Shown here: one piece after another, positions 9,276 through 19,378 of the stretch
Numbering within the stretch: the first letter of the stretch is position 1
Layout: every line of letters begins with the position of its first letter
Assembly (NCBI GenBank): GCA_963805855.1
Contig: CAWDVW010000002.1
Coordinates: 256,001 to 320,000, forward strand
Origin: Candidatus Dadabacteria bacterium
GTDB lineage: Bacteria > Desulfobacterota_D > UBA1144 > Nemesobacterales > CSP1-2
DNA length: 64,000 nt
Direction of reading: 5' to 3'
Notes under the pieces: generated by a model
Databases searched by the model: none
Seen by the model: only the letters and a program-made list of their open reading frames with translations
Told to the model about the DNA's origin: nothing
Made by a program: the position numbers and the translations under genes

Positions 9276-9503
9276 TTAGAGTAAATCGATGAACTCACCA
9301 ATACTTAACCCGGCCTGCTTGAGGATACTGCGAAGTGTGCCCTTCTTCAGATCTTTATTATGGTACGGGAGAACTACCCTCTTTGATTGTAATGAAGGGT
9401 GCTTAAGCACAACATGGCTACCTGTTTGATTGTGAATATAAAAGCCAGCCTTATCGAGAGCCCTAAGCACTTCCCTTGGCTTTAGTGATGGAAGAGCAGG
9501 AGA
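9276..9503 (-). pseudogene. hicA: HicA-family toxin; TAG at the expected start position
   Basis: (*)SPALPSLKPREVLRALDKAGF...GSHVVLKH...VVLPYHNKDLKKGTLRSILKQAGL; an internal GTG at 9470 could give a short form. Confidence 0.8.
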
Positions 9504-9512
9504 CTAGAGCAA

Positions 9513-9553
9513 GAAGACAGAAGATGGAAGACAGAAGACAGAAGACAGAATGA
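9513..9553 (+). repeat. Tandem heptamer tract (GAAGACA)n
   Basis: gaagaca gaagatg gaagaca gaagaca gaagaca gaatgat. Confidence 0.85.
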
Positions 9554-9670
9554 TAGGACCAGCCCGTTCGACCAAGTTCAAGACACACTAGTCAGGGAGA
9601 ACGGGACGCTTCTTCTGAAAAGTTGAAAGAGCGGCTATTTACTGAAATAATTAATAAACATTTAATCACA

Positions 9671-9742
9671 GCCGACGTAGCTCAGCGGTAGAGCAGCGCA
9701 CTCGTAATGCGCAGGTCTGGAGTTCGAATCTCCACGTCGGCT
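9671..9742 (+). tRNA. tRNA-Thr(CGT), CCA not encoded
   Basis: Acceptor GCCGACG/CGTCGGC, D-arm GCTCAGCGGTAGAGC, anticodon arm GCGCA-CTCGTAA-TGCGC, T-loop GTTCGAATC. Confidence 0.97.
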
Positions 9743-9855
9743 CAAATGATTTAAAGGCTTCCTCACATGTTTATCTGGACTTTCTTCACTTCCCCAATTA
9801 GAATGGTTGAAACGATGGACGATAATAATTCAAAATGTATTACAGGGAGGTTACA

Positions 9856-10506
9856 ATGGCAATAGAACATGCTGGTAAAAGACTAGGAATATATATTTTT
9901 GATGGTGCGGAGGTTCTTGACTGGGCGGGGCCCATAAGTGTTTTTGCAGTAGCACGAAGACTCGATCCGGAACTGGACGCATTTTTGGTAGGAGATTCTA
10001 TGGCTACAGTTAAAGCTACGGCAAACTTATCTGTTAATCCCAAGTACAGCCTTGACCACAAACCGGATATGGATGCTTTCTTGATTCCCGGTGGTATCGG
10101 TACAAGGGTTGAAATGCACAATGACCGGCTTATTCAATTCGTGAAATCTATACCTGAAAAGACATTGCTGGTGAGTGTTTGTACCGGTTCCTGGATCTAC
10201 GGCAAGGCGGGGATACTGGATGGAATAAGAGCGACTAATCGCAAGAATGCTGATCCTGGCGAAGCTGTCGTTCCAATAGATCGTTTAGCTCAAATCGCTC
10301 CAAAGTGCCAGATTGATCGTCATCGTATTGTGGACTGTGGTAGAGTAATCACAGGTGGTGGAATATCGTCAGGCATTGAAATGGGATTTTACCTGTTGGA
10401 GCGATTCGGGTACGATGAAAAATTTGTAGATAACGTTGCCTACATCATGGAGTATGAGAAACAGTGGAAGCTCATGAAGGAGGACAGGCTTGTGGATAAA
10501 ACCTAA
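9856..10506 (+). CDS. DJ-1/PfpI family protein (InhA/ThiJ-like)
   Basis: E.LD.AGP, IPGG.G, SVCTG nucleophile elbow, ITGGGISSG; GGAGG before ATG 9856. Confidence 0.9.
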   Translation: MAIEHAGKRLGIYIFDGAEVLDWAGPISVFAVARRLDPELDAFLVGDSMATVKATANLSVNPKYSLDHKPDMDAFLIPGGIGTRVEMHNDRLIQFVKSIPEKTLLVSVCTGSWIYGKAGILDGIRATNRKNADPGEAVVPIDRLAQIAPKCQIDRHRIVDCGRVITGGGISSGIEMGFYLLERFGYDEKFVDNVAYIMEYEKQWKLMKEDRLVDKT

Positions 10507-10637
10507 CTCAATAAATTAGGTTTAATGACTTTACCTTCTTGAGATTAAGCAGCGTCTTTATATTGAAGAGATTAAAGCCAACATAAGTGTTTGCATCCAA
10601 GAATATTCCAAGAATCAATTGTAAAATAATGAAATCT

Positions 10638-10675
10638 TGCGCAGGTCTGGAGTTCGAATCTCCACGTCGGCTCCA
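10638..10675 (+). mobile_element. Duplicated tRNA-Thr 3' end (att-like site)
   Basis: 10638-10673 is identical to 9708-9743 (36 bp) and continues into CCA. Confidence 0.92.
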
Positions 10676-11010
10676 ACTGATACAGCCAGTTACAACAGAT
10701 CAAGCCATTCGCTAATTTATCTGCCTAACCAATGCCTAACCCAATTAAAGGGTTGCATCCCCTTCAATTCGTCTCCCAACCTAATGTAATTGTCGTTTTA
10801 TCAGTTTACTATAATAAAAAGACTCCGTGAGCAGTATGGCTGAGCGTTTTTGGCTTTTCCATTTTTTCCCATTGACTAGAAATTGCATTTATCTTAGTAT
10901 CAAGTAGAACAGCGATTTGCAGGATAATAGCCTTCGTAGGACACTATACTGCATTTTTGCGGTCTAAATTATTCGTTAGGCGATAAAACTGACAAAATAA
11001 GGAGAATGAA

Positions 11011-11523
11011 GTGGAATCTCCAAAAAGGGGAGCACATTTTCTACGAGAATTTCGCGAGTTCATCGCATTTCTTAGCACGCTGTGGGGCCTCCTCGCAGGG
11101 ATCTCGGTGTTTTTTCCTCTTTCCAGCATATTCCTAAAGGCGATCCCATTGAAGGCGTACGAAGCCAATGGAGTGTTTAACCATCTCTCGCCACCATTAG
11201 TCACCGCGGTTGCCACGGTCGTCACGCTATTCCTGGTTTTATCGACATTTGGCAAACGAGAGGAGTTCAAGGGGGTAAGGAGGAACAACGCACGACGCCA
11301 AGCGTGGATCTCAATGGGAGTTAGCATGATAGCTCTTATCACTTATATGACAATCCACCAGATATATGCCGAGTATGGTTATTCGGTGTTTGGATTGGGC
11401 AGCGGTGACCCTCGGAAGCTATTTTTCGAAATACCCTTGCTAGTTGCTTATACTGCTTTCTTCGCACTTCTTACGAGAGCATTCATGCTTTTGGGTATGG
11501 TGGAATTCTATAGAAACGATTAA
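11011..11523 (+). CDS. Hypothetical integral membrane protein (~4 TM)
   Basis: AAGGAG before GTG; four hydrophobic segments. Confidence 0.75.
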   Translation: MESPKRGAHFLREFREFIAFLSTLWGLLAGISVFFPLSSIFLKAIPLKAYEANGVFNHLSPPLVTAVATVVTLFLVLSTFGKREEFKGVRRNNARRQAWISMGVSMIALITYMTIHQIYAEYGYSVFGLGSGDPRKLFFEIPLLVAYTAFFALLTRAFMLLGMVEFYRND

Positions 11524-11748
11524 CTGCATCGCCTTACGAAGACTAAGGGGTGACCGGGTTGGGTATTGACGAATTGGGAAAAGCTGGCAGTCCTACCTCA
11601 GCAGTGAGCACGCCCTCAACTTATCTAACCGAACCTCCCCCTCTGTCATTCTAAATAGTAGTTGTTGGTCATCCACAAATAAAAAGGTTGCTTCTCCTTT
11701 TAATACCCTTTAAGATAAACGAGGTCTAAATAAGGAGGAGTAAATTTC

Positions 11749-12438
11749 ATGAGTGTTAGAATTTCAATGACCATATTAGCTTTGTCGTTTCTTTTTATAA
11801 CATTTTCGCCCGACTGGGCCAAGGCTCAACTCGATGAAAGGGCGGTAAAGTCCGCAAATATACTGTATCAAGAAATGAATGCGCCCCCAAGTCAGAAAAT
11901 CCCACAGACGCTCATCGATGAGGCAAAGTGCATAATAGTAATACCCTCACTGGTAAAAGCCGGATTGGTAATAACGGTAGAAAGCGGTAAGGGACTGGCT
12001 ATATGCAGGAGTAGAGAAACCGGAAAGTGGGGCGCGCCCGCTTTCTATAACGCAAGGGGAGGCTCTCTTGGGCTATCAGCTGGGGGAGGCTCCTTTGATG
12101 TAGTCGCCCTCGTGATGGATGAAAAGGGCGTGGGAGGCCTGGTATCAGAGAGTGTAACTTTTGGTTCGGCTCAGGCTTCAGCTGTGGCTGGACAAACAGG
12201 AGCTACTGCAGGCTCACATACCAAGGGAATCTCTTTTTTCACCTACACCGAATCGAAGGATGGGCTGTTTGCCGGTGCCGATCTAGGGGGGCTAAAGCTA
12301 GATTTTAATGGTAAGGGTAATACAAGGGCATATGGGAAGGGTCTTTCCGCATATGAAACTCTATTTAAGGAAAAGACTGTCCCCGATTCCATAAAGGTAT
12401 TTCGAGAGGCTGTCTTGAAGTTTGCGCCGGGTCGGTAG
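11749..12438 (+). CDS. Exported SYLF/YSC84-domain lipid-binding protein
   Basis: IP..L...AK.I.VIP...KAG, G.G...CR, W..P.F, GLFAG..L.G motifs; AGGAGG; signal peptide. Confidence 0.85.
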   Translation: MSVRISMTILALSFLFITFSPDWAKAQLDERAVKSANILYQEMNAPPSQKIPQTLIDEAKCIIVIPSLVKAGLVITVESGKGLAICRSRETGKWGAPAFYNARGGSLGLSAGGGSFDVVALVMDEKGVGGLVSESVTFGSAQASAVAGQTGATAGSHTKGISFFTYTESKDGLFAGADLGGLKLDFNGKGNTRAYGKGLSAYETLFKEKTVPDSIKVFREAVLKFAPGR

Positions 12439-12482
12439 ACCGGATTTCTGAGGGCAGGCTCTTCGACGGTTCTCAGGACAAG

Positions 12483-12605
12483 GGCTGTCCCCTTGTTGTC
12501 ATTCCCTAATGTCTTAATAGGGAATCCATGCTTTTACATCTGGATCCCCGATAACTATCCTCGGGAATGACAAAAAGACTAAAATATTTAATCCAACCAC
12601 AACCC
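12483..12605 (+). repeat. ~123-bp REP-containing element, copy 1 (copy 2 at 18762-18884)
   Basis: ggctgtccccttgttgtcattccctaat...atagggaatccatgctttta...ggatcccc...cgggaatgac...accacaaccc. Confidence 0.9.
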
Positions 12606-12847
12606 CAAATTTTTTTTAACGCTCCCGGAATTGATTTTGGAAATTTTTTGAATGCCCGTTTAAGATCTAAGATACTGTCCCCGAATTATGTAACATCTAC
12701 AGCGATGACGACAAAAGAGGGGATTGATTCGCAGTAGCCCGAGATGACCCGCTTATGGATTCTCGATCACAGTACTCGAGATGGCAGGGAGCAGCTGGAT
12801 TTTATTTAGGATAGAGCGAAAAGGGTTCCCCCTCATTTTTCTGCAAA

Positions 12848-13766
12848 TTAGACCTTTTCGTAGTATTCTATCATTCTAGTGCGTGTTTTCTCAATCAGGC
12901 AACCGGCCAAATCCCGCTGCCATATTGTCGGCCATATGTTTCACGTTTGATGAGGCGGGGATGATATTTGTGACATCGGGATTTGAGGCGATGAATTTCA
13001 GGAAATATTGCGCCCAGCTCGTGCAATCAAATTCGGAAGCCCACTCCGGCAAGGGTTTTCCCCGAACCTTTTTGAATAATCCACCTCTTTGAAATGGACG
13101 GTTTATTATAGTAGCTACGTTCTTTTCCCGGGCAAGTGGCAAAAGACGTTTTTCTGCAACACGATCCACGATATTGTAGCTGAATTGTGCAAAGTCCAGC
13201 TGCTCGGTCTTCTTAATCTTTACGAATTCTTCATGGTGTCTTCCATGAGAGGTCGTAATTCCAATGTATCGTATTTTGCCCTCCTCTTTCCAATCTCTGA
13301 GGGTTTTTAAGTGTACTTTCCAGTCACGAACGTTGTGTATCTGCATAAGATCGAAGCTCTTTAAGCCCCATAATTTAAGTGAATCATTCATCTGTTTAAC
13401 TCCCGATTCTCCGCCATAGGTCCACACCTTTGTTGCAGAAAAGAGATTTTTCTTATTAGTCGTTGTCCTAAGCAGTTCGCCTAGGACCCTTTCGGAAGAA
13501 CCATACATTGGTGAAGAATCTATCAACGCACCTCCATCATCAAAGAACACCTGGAGGACCTCGGCTAGCTGAGCAATCTGTTCTTTATTGGAACCGACAT
13601 CGAACGTGCGGGATGTCCCCATACCAATGATCGGAAGCACTTCGCCCGAAGATGGTATAGCCCTCTTGATGGGAGGTAGTTGCGTTGATAACAATGTGTC
13701 CGGGAGAAAAGACATTCCTGCCCATGTCCCTAACAGACCACCTATGAATTTCCTGCGCGAAATCAT
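12848..13766 (-). CDS. Tat-exported aldo/keto reductase; apparent 1-nt frameshift near the C-terminus
   Basis: SRRKFI Tat motif; GMGT, DSSPMYG, ATK, DLMQIHN, GIT; ORF stops at 12891 but the shifted frame gives EKTRTRMIEYYEKV*. Confidence 0.85.
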
Positions 13767-13795
13767 GTTAATATTCCTCCAATAGTTTTTATTTA

Positions 13796-15142
13796 CTACT
13801 CTCGCATGTCTTTGCCAGCCAATTTTTCCCTCTTCTTACCCAGTATATACGAAACGGTAGCCCAAATTCCGGAAAGAGGAACAGCGGCAATAGCAATCGC
13901 CGATAGACTCAAACCCAAACCTGAAAGACCCGCGAAGACCCAGGCACTCACCACGTCTCCGCCCCTGTAGATCGCGGTATCTATAAAATTTTTCGCCTTA
14001 TACTTTTCTTCTTTGGTCAGCACAGTGAACAGCATCTCGCGTGAAGGTCTCGTTATGGCGTAATTGCCGGCGCGCCGAACGACCTGAACGATAACGAGGA
14101 CGATAAGTAAAGGGGCCAACCCCAACATTAAAAAGCCTAAACCCAGGAGCACCGGTATCAAGGCCAAGCTCCAACTCAGGCCCATGCTTTTGACTATCCG
14201 ACCGGTCAGAAAAACCTGAATGACGACCGCAAGGGTGTTTACTGCAAAATCTATTGCAGCAAATACCGCAGTGCGGCGGGATGGATCATCAAAACTATCT
14301 CGAACTATCTGTGCCTGCTGAAAATACAAAAAAGTCGCAAGGGTTGTAAATAGAAAGATTAAAAGGCAAATCCCCATCAAATAAGGGGAGCTTAGGACTA
14401 GACTGAATGCAGCGACTACGCTCCCACCCATCGGCTTTTCATCGGAATCCTCAGATAGGCTAGGTCCGGTCTTCGAAAATGAGTCCGGAACCGTCGAAGC
14501 GGATTCATGCTTTTTTGAAATTAAACGCCTTATGCAGACAACGGACACGAACAATAAAATTGCCGAGATGGGCAGTAAATTTGTAGGACCTAGTAATAAT
14601 ACAAGGTTTCCTGTTAACGCTGGACCCACAATGGCGCCAGTCGTTCCTCCGGCGGCGATAAAGCCAAAGAGCCTTTTTGCCTGGCTATCGCTATATATAT
14701 CTGCCATGAAGCTCCAAAATACCGATACAACAAAAAGGTTATATACACTAACCCATATGAAGAATGCGCGCGCGACATAAGCATGTGTTAAATCGGTACT
14801 GAATAAGAAAAAGAAGAGCAGGAGATTTGCGATAAAGAAGTAGTAGACCCAGGGAATGAATCTTTTCCTAGGATACCTCGAGGCAATCCATCCGAAGATC
14901 GGTACCGCTGCAAGCATCATAAGAAAAGTACCTGTGAATAACCATTGTAAATTCTCAACCCCGCCGGCGATCCCCATCTCATCTCGTATGGGCCTGATTA
15001 TGTAGTAGCTACACAGCAGGGAAAAGAAGTAGAGAAATGACCAAATGAGAGATCTTAATTCGTCTGGTCGAACATCTACCAGTCTTGTTGCCCAAGAATG
15101 AAGGGATGAATGGGCCTGTTCGTGCGCTATATTTCGGGACAT
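13796..15142 (-). CDS. MFS transporter, Npt/TLC (ATP/ADP translocase-like) family
   Basis: YYIIRPIRD, SVFWSFMAD, KRLFGFI, RPSREMLF, KYKAKNFID...RGGD; ~12 TM. Confidence 0.85.
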   Translation of the reverse strand: MSRNIAHEQAHSSLHSWATRLVDVRPDELRSLIWSFLYFFSLLCSYYIIRPIRDEMGIAGGVENLQWLFTGTFLMMLAAVPIFGWIASRYPRKRFIPWVYYFFIANLLLFFFLFSTDLTHAYVARAFFIWVSVYNLFVVSVFWSFMADIYSDSQAKRLFGFIAAGGTTGAIVGPALTGNLVLLLGPTNLLPISAILLFVSVVCIRRLISKKHESASTVPDSFSKTGPSLSEDSDEKPMGGSVVAAFSLVLSSPYLMGICLLIFLFTTLATFLYFQQAQIVRDSFDDPSRRTAVFAAIDFAVNTLAVVIQVFLTGRIVKSMGLSWSLALIPVLLGLGFLMLGLAPLLIVLVIVQVVRRAGNYAITRPSREMLFTVLTKEEKYKAKNFIDTAIYRGGDVVSAWVFAGLSGLGLSLSAIAIAAVPLSGIWATVSYILGKKREKLAGKDMRE

Positions 15143-15987
15143 GTAATGTTATGCCATTTTATCCATTAAACTATTAAGCTACCAGTATTTCATGATAAAA
15201 ATCTATTATCAACACAACATTCCGCCCTAACCACAGAATTTAATGAAAAGAAACCCAAGATGCGATTTTATATCAATCATAATTCCAACTTAAATAGAGA
15301 TTGACAAAAGGGACATAGTACAACGATGAGACTCCAATTATTTCCTTTATGACAATCCCATTGAGTGAACCAAAGGGGACGCAAGCCTTTAATTTAAGAT
15401 CTTTGAGCTTCTGGATCGGGTATAGACCAAATAAATTCTTTTTGGAATCACAAAAGGCGGATACTGCTTAATGTTCAATTAAGGACCAAGGTCCCCACTT
15501 CAACTACCATTCCATCTCAAATGCATTGGTTTGCTTCAAAGGTATCCCTGCCCCATAACCTGGTGAATCGCTCAGATCGCTTTCTGCGTTAGAATCATCC
15601 GGTCGTGCGGCATCCAATGAGGTCGACAGGCCTTGATAAACCTTTTTGCGTCGAGCACTACGCCTTGGTCATCTTGCTTAGGATTTATCCTCGCAACTAA
15701 ACCTTTCTTCGATTCTCCGTTCTTGCTGACAAATACCTTTGCGTTGACCCTACGCGCGTCATACCCAGAGATCTAATAATCCCTTACTTGCTGATTATCT
15801 CGCCATCAAAATCATTGGGAATTGCAATAGGTTCCATACCACAAATCTAGAAGGTTATCGCAAATTTTACAGGGTTCACTACAAGATTCCAGTTTACCCT
15901 GTTATTCTCAATCTTAATCCAGAAAACCTGAACGCGCTCTGGGCATTCACTCTTTCCCTATACCACAATGCCTTTCTTACCGGTGAA

Positions 15988-16020
15988 TGCAAAGCGGGGC
16001 AATCTTGCCCTAGCTTTGCA
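15988..16020. terminator. Stem-loop downstream of the Gly-rich gene
   Basis: tgcaaagcggggcaa-tc-ttgccctagctttgca. Confidence 0.5.
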
Positions 16021-16043
16021 ACGAGGAGTCTTCGTATTTCTCA

Positions 16044-16757
16044 TTACCAGTTCATCCCCCACGGATCAGATTGCTTCGGAGGTACAGAGGTCGTAACGCT
16101 ATTAACCTCCCTCACATTATCAATATTCTGTTGAACATCTGGAGGACCGTACTGTTGCGGTTGAGGTGCAGGTTCAATTTGTTGCTGTGGATTCGGATAT
16201 TGATTCGGAGGAGCCGGATAAGGATACCCATACGGAGCAGGGTACGGATATGGAGCCGGATAAGGATATGGGGCAACATACGGAGCAGGATACGGGTACG
16301 CATATGGATAATACGGAGCATACGGGACATAGCCACCATATGCAAGACCACCATAAAAACCATCATAGCCAAATCCGAAAAACGGAAGTCCAAGCCCTAT
16401 GGAGAAGTTCCAATTGTTGTAACCTCCACCACCTCCATGCCATCCACCGTAGTGTCCATACCGCCGTTTACCTCCATGCCAACCACCATATCCACCGCGA
16501 TAACCATAATGACCACCATGTCCACCGCGATAACCATAATGACCGCCTTGTCCACCGCGATAACCATAATGACCGCCTTGTCCACCGCGATAACCATAAT
16601 GACCGCCTTGTCTGCCCCCACGCCCCCCATTATATCCTGCATGCCCACCCCTATGGCCTCCTCCGTACCCCGACTTACGAGCCAGGCCTGGCTCAGCGGC
16701 CAGCGTTAACGTCAACGCAGCCAGAAATGCTACAATAATGTATCTAATAGCTTTCAT
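16044..16757 (-). CDS. Exported Gly/Tyr/His-rich and Pro/Tyr-rich low-complexity protein
   Basis: AGGAGG then MKAIRYIIVAFLAALTLTLAAEPGLA signal; (GGHYGYRGG[QH])x4; (PYPYPA)n. Confidence 0.8.
   Translation of the reverse strand: MKAIRYIIVAFLAALTLTLAAEPGLARKSGYGGGHRGGHAGYNGGRGGRQGGHYGYRGGQGGHYGYRGGQGGHYGYRGGHGGHYGYRGGYGGWHGGKRRYGHYGGWHGGGGGYNNWNFSIGLGLPFFGFGYDGFYGGLAYGGYVPYAPYYPYAYPYPAPYVAPYPYPAPYPYPAPYGYPYPAPPNQYPNPQQQIEPAPQPQQYGPPDVQQNIDNVREVNSVTTSVPPKQSDPWGMNW
16491..16610. repeat. Four coding tandem 30-bp repeats
   Basis: tccaccgcgataaccataatgaccgccttg x3 plus one variant, no spacers. Confidence 0.95.
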
Positions 16758-16959
16758 GGATGTCGCCTCCTTAAGGCATCGACGTACATATATTATACAT
16801 TGTGCATGAAATCCTCGAGGGGTCAACCCTCATGCACTTGCAGCTTACGCAAACTGACCACCAGTCGCATACTTAGCCTGCTGAAATCCTATACGCAACC
16901 TCTATATATCATTCGAAAGATGAACCTACATTTATAAACTTGAAAAGTAGAAATTAGTT

Positions 16960-17754
16960 TCACCTTCTTTTCCTAATATTTCTCCTTCCCGATGAAAGCA
17001 TATTCATCATCTCCTCGTGGATCTTACCGTTAGTCGCTATGATCTCTTGATCATTTATGTTGTACTCTTCGCCTCCGAATTTTGTCACCCTACCGCCTGC
17101 TTCTTCTACAATAAGGTACCCTGCGGCGGTATCCCACGGGTTTAATCCAAGCTCCCAGAAGCCATCATATCTTCCACAGGCCACATAACAGAGATCAAGT
17201 GCCGCAGAGCCGTCTCTCCTCACCGCCCTCGCCCCCCTTATAAAATTCGCAAAATGCGTCAAATTTTCCTCAACCATCCAGTCCGCCGTGTGTATAAATC
17301 CGGTGCATAGATTACTCTCTTCCACCTTCAGCGCACCGGAAACAACTATTTTCTTATCGTTCATCCGGGCACCCCTCCCACGCTCTCCGACGAACATCTC
17401 ATCCTTGATCGGATCGTATATCAGTCCAATTTTTACTTCGCCGTCTATTTCCAGCGCTATTGAAACAGAAAAGAAGGGATAGGTATGAGCAAAATTTGTC
17501 GTTCCATCTAGAGGATCAATTATCCAAAGATAATTTGACCCTTGCCCTTGGATCCCGGATTCCTCCGCAAGGATTCCGTGGGCCGGATATGCTTCTTTAA
17601 TCATTTTTATTATAAGGTCTTCCGCCACTCTGTCAGCCTCGGTCACAAGGCTGTTCTTCGCCTTGTACTCAACCTCGCCGACCTTTCCCAGATACCCTTT
17701 GAGCAAATCACCAGCTTCGAGTGCCGCTTTTCGTGCTACATCAAGATAACCCAC
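16960..17754 (-). CDS. suhB: Inositol monophosphatase
   Basis: WIIDPLDGTTNFAH, GSAALDLCYVACGR, WDTAAG. Confidence 0.93.
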   Translation of the reverse strand: MGYLDVARKAALEAGDLLKGYLGKVGEVEYKAKNSLVTEADRVAEDLIIKMIKEAYPAHGILAEESGIQGQGSNYLWIIDPLDGTTNFAHTYPFFSVSIALEIDGEVKIGLIYDPIKDEMFVGERGRGARMNDKKIVVSGALKVEESNLCTGFIHTADWMVEENLTHFANFIRGARAVRRDGSAALDLCYVACGRYDGFWELGLNPWDTAAGYLIVEEAGGRVTKFGGEEYNINDQEIIATNGKIHEEMMNMLSSGRRNIRKRR

Positions 17755-17846
17755 TAAATTAATATACCCAAAGTTTTGTTATCACACCTGTTCTAAAAAT
17801 TTTTAGGTACAACTCGACTATTACTCTCTTCGAATTCAAAATTCTC

Positions 17847-18437
17847 CTATTCCGAGTCCGCAGCCGCACCAGATCCGACTATTTTAGATTCACAGCTCAA
17901 GAGGTCTGACCCTATAGTAGAGTCTTTCCTGGCACCCCCGCATTCAATCCATTTAGTGGGGCTTTTCTTATCCGCCTCGCAATTACAACTATCATCCACT
18001 TTCGGACACCTGATTGTAATGATCTCAACGCCGGTACCCCCTAACCTTTTAAACCTTCCCTGACAATACTGTATTGGCTCAAAAATCACACCGGACCCAT
18101 CTCTCTTATCACCACTTTCCTCCTTTACCACATCCACATCCTCATTTACCTTCTCCCCAGATTCTTCCCCCTTGTCATTTTGAGACAATTGATATTTAAG
18201 GGGATCGTCGAATAAAGGATTTTTATTCTCGCCATCCCATACAAGTCCGCCTTGATTTAAAACGGGATAGTTGGTCTGTTGATCAATGTAACGCGCTCCA
18301 CTATTCGACAAATTTGCGTCACCTATATCACCTGCGAATACTTCAGCGCCAACCCACATAGCAATAACAACAACGCATAGTAAAAGAAAAGAGAGTTTTA
18401 CCACACACACTAAGTCCTTAAATTGATTCAATTTCAT
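17847..18437 (-). CDS. Exported hypothetical protein with six-Cys C-terminal domain
   Basis: GGAG before ATG 18437; signal peptide; six Cys in the last ~75 aa. Confidence 0.65.
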   Translation of the reverse strand: MKLNQFKDLVCVVKLSFLLLCVVVIAMWVGAEVFAGDIGDANLSNSGARYIDQQTNYPVLNQGGLVWDGENKNPLFDDPLKYQLSQNDKGEESGEKVNEDVDVVKEESGDKRDGSGVIFEPIQYCQGRFKRLGGTGVEIITIRCPKVDDSCNCEADKKSPTKWIECGGARKDSTIGSDLLSCESKIVGSGAAADSE

Positions 18438-18689
18438 CTCCTTTTCCTTCGTTTTCGTCCAATTAGTTAATCTTATATTAGACAATCAATCAAATAAGAT
18501 AACATATCAACATTATATACCATATATACCATTTTAATCGGCCGAAACGAATAACCCGGCAGCACGCTGCAGCGCATAAGCGCATGAACAAACAGTCTCT
18601 TCAGTCAATACTGTAAAGGCCAGATATTTCGATCATCGAATCCTTAAAAGCATGTCCTTCATATCTTACTCTTCTTTCTAACTTCTTTG

Positions 18690-19003
18690 TCTTGATACTG
18701 AAACGAGTTCAGCACAGGTACAAAGAAGCAGCCCTTCAATGAAACTCAGGGTTGAGGACTAGGCTGTCCCCTTGTTGTCATTCCCTAATTCCTTAATAGG
18801 GAATCCATGCTTTTATCTCTGGATCCCCGACTACTGATTTCGGGGATGACATAACGACTAAAACATTTAATTCGACCACAACCCGGACATCCTGAATTTA
18901 TTTCAGGATCTAATTGAGTCCAGAGATGCTGAAACAAGTTCAGCATGACTGACTATGATATGCATTTTCTTAACGCAATTTTTGGAAGGCCGTTCAAGTC
19001 CTT
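18690..19003. repeat. REP-like cluster including copy 2 (18762-18884) of the ~123-bp element
   Basis: ctgaaacgagttcag, atcctgaatttatttcaggat, gatgctgaaacaagttcagcatgac; cgcaatttttggaaggcc also occurs near 9068. Confidence 0.85.
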
Positions 19004-19378
19004 TTCATACTGAAAACGCTTAAGAAACATAACTCTGATTCACGAAATTGTAAGAATTTTGTCGATGAAATATAGAACATCTACAGCCGTGACAGCATGA
19101 CGCCACGGGTTCGAAAGCCTCGAGTCATTGGTAAAATCCGTGGACGGCACGCTGCGTCTTAGGATAATATTCATTTTTGTGACATCTCGACCCAGCTCAG
19201 TGTGACCGGAATTCGTGGCTTCATTTCGCATGAAAACCCATTGCTTTCCGGCGTCGCCGGGAAACACGATAATGCATCGCCAACTCCTTTATTGCGCAAC
19301 ACATATTATTGAGTAAACTTAGGTGGTTTCTAAAACCCCCGCATAAGATTACACAGATAATTTTCGGAGGATAAAGCA

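Noticed and set aside
10723..10981. GCCTAAC ... GTTAGGC as an integron attC site
   Set aside because: About 250 bp apart with no internal palindrome, no intI and no array. The GTTAGGC before the 11011 gene could be a cassette relic but I cannot support it.
16491..16610. 30-bp repeats as a CRISPR array
   Set aside because: No spacers; in-frame coding repeats; no cas genes.
16071..16738. Overlapping alternative-frame ORFs (212, 190, 93, 83 aa)
   Set aside because: Shadow frames of the repetitive Gly-rich gene; only that frame has an SD and signal peptide.
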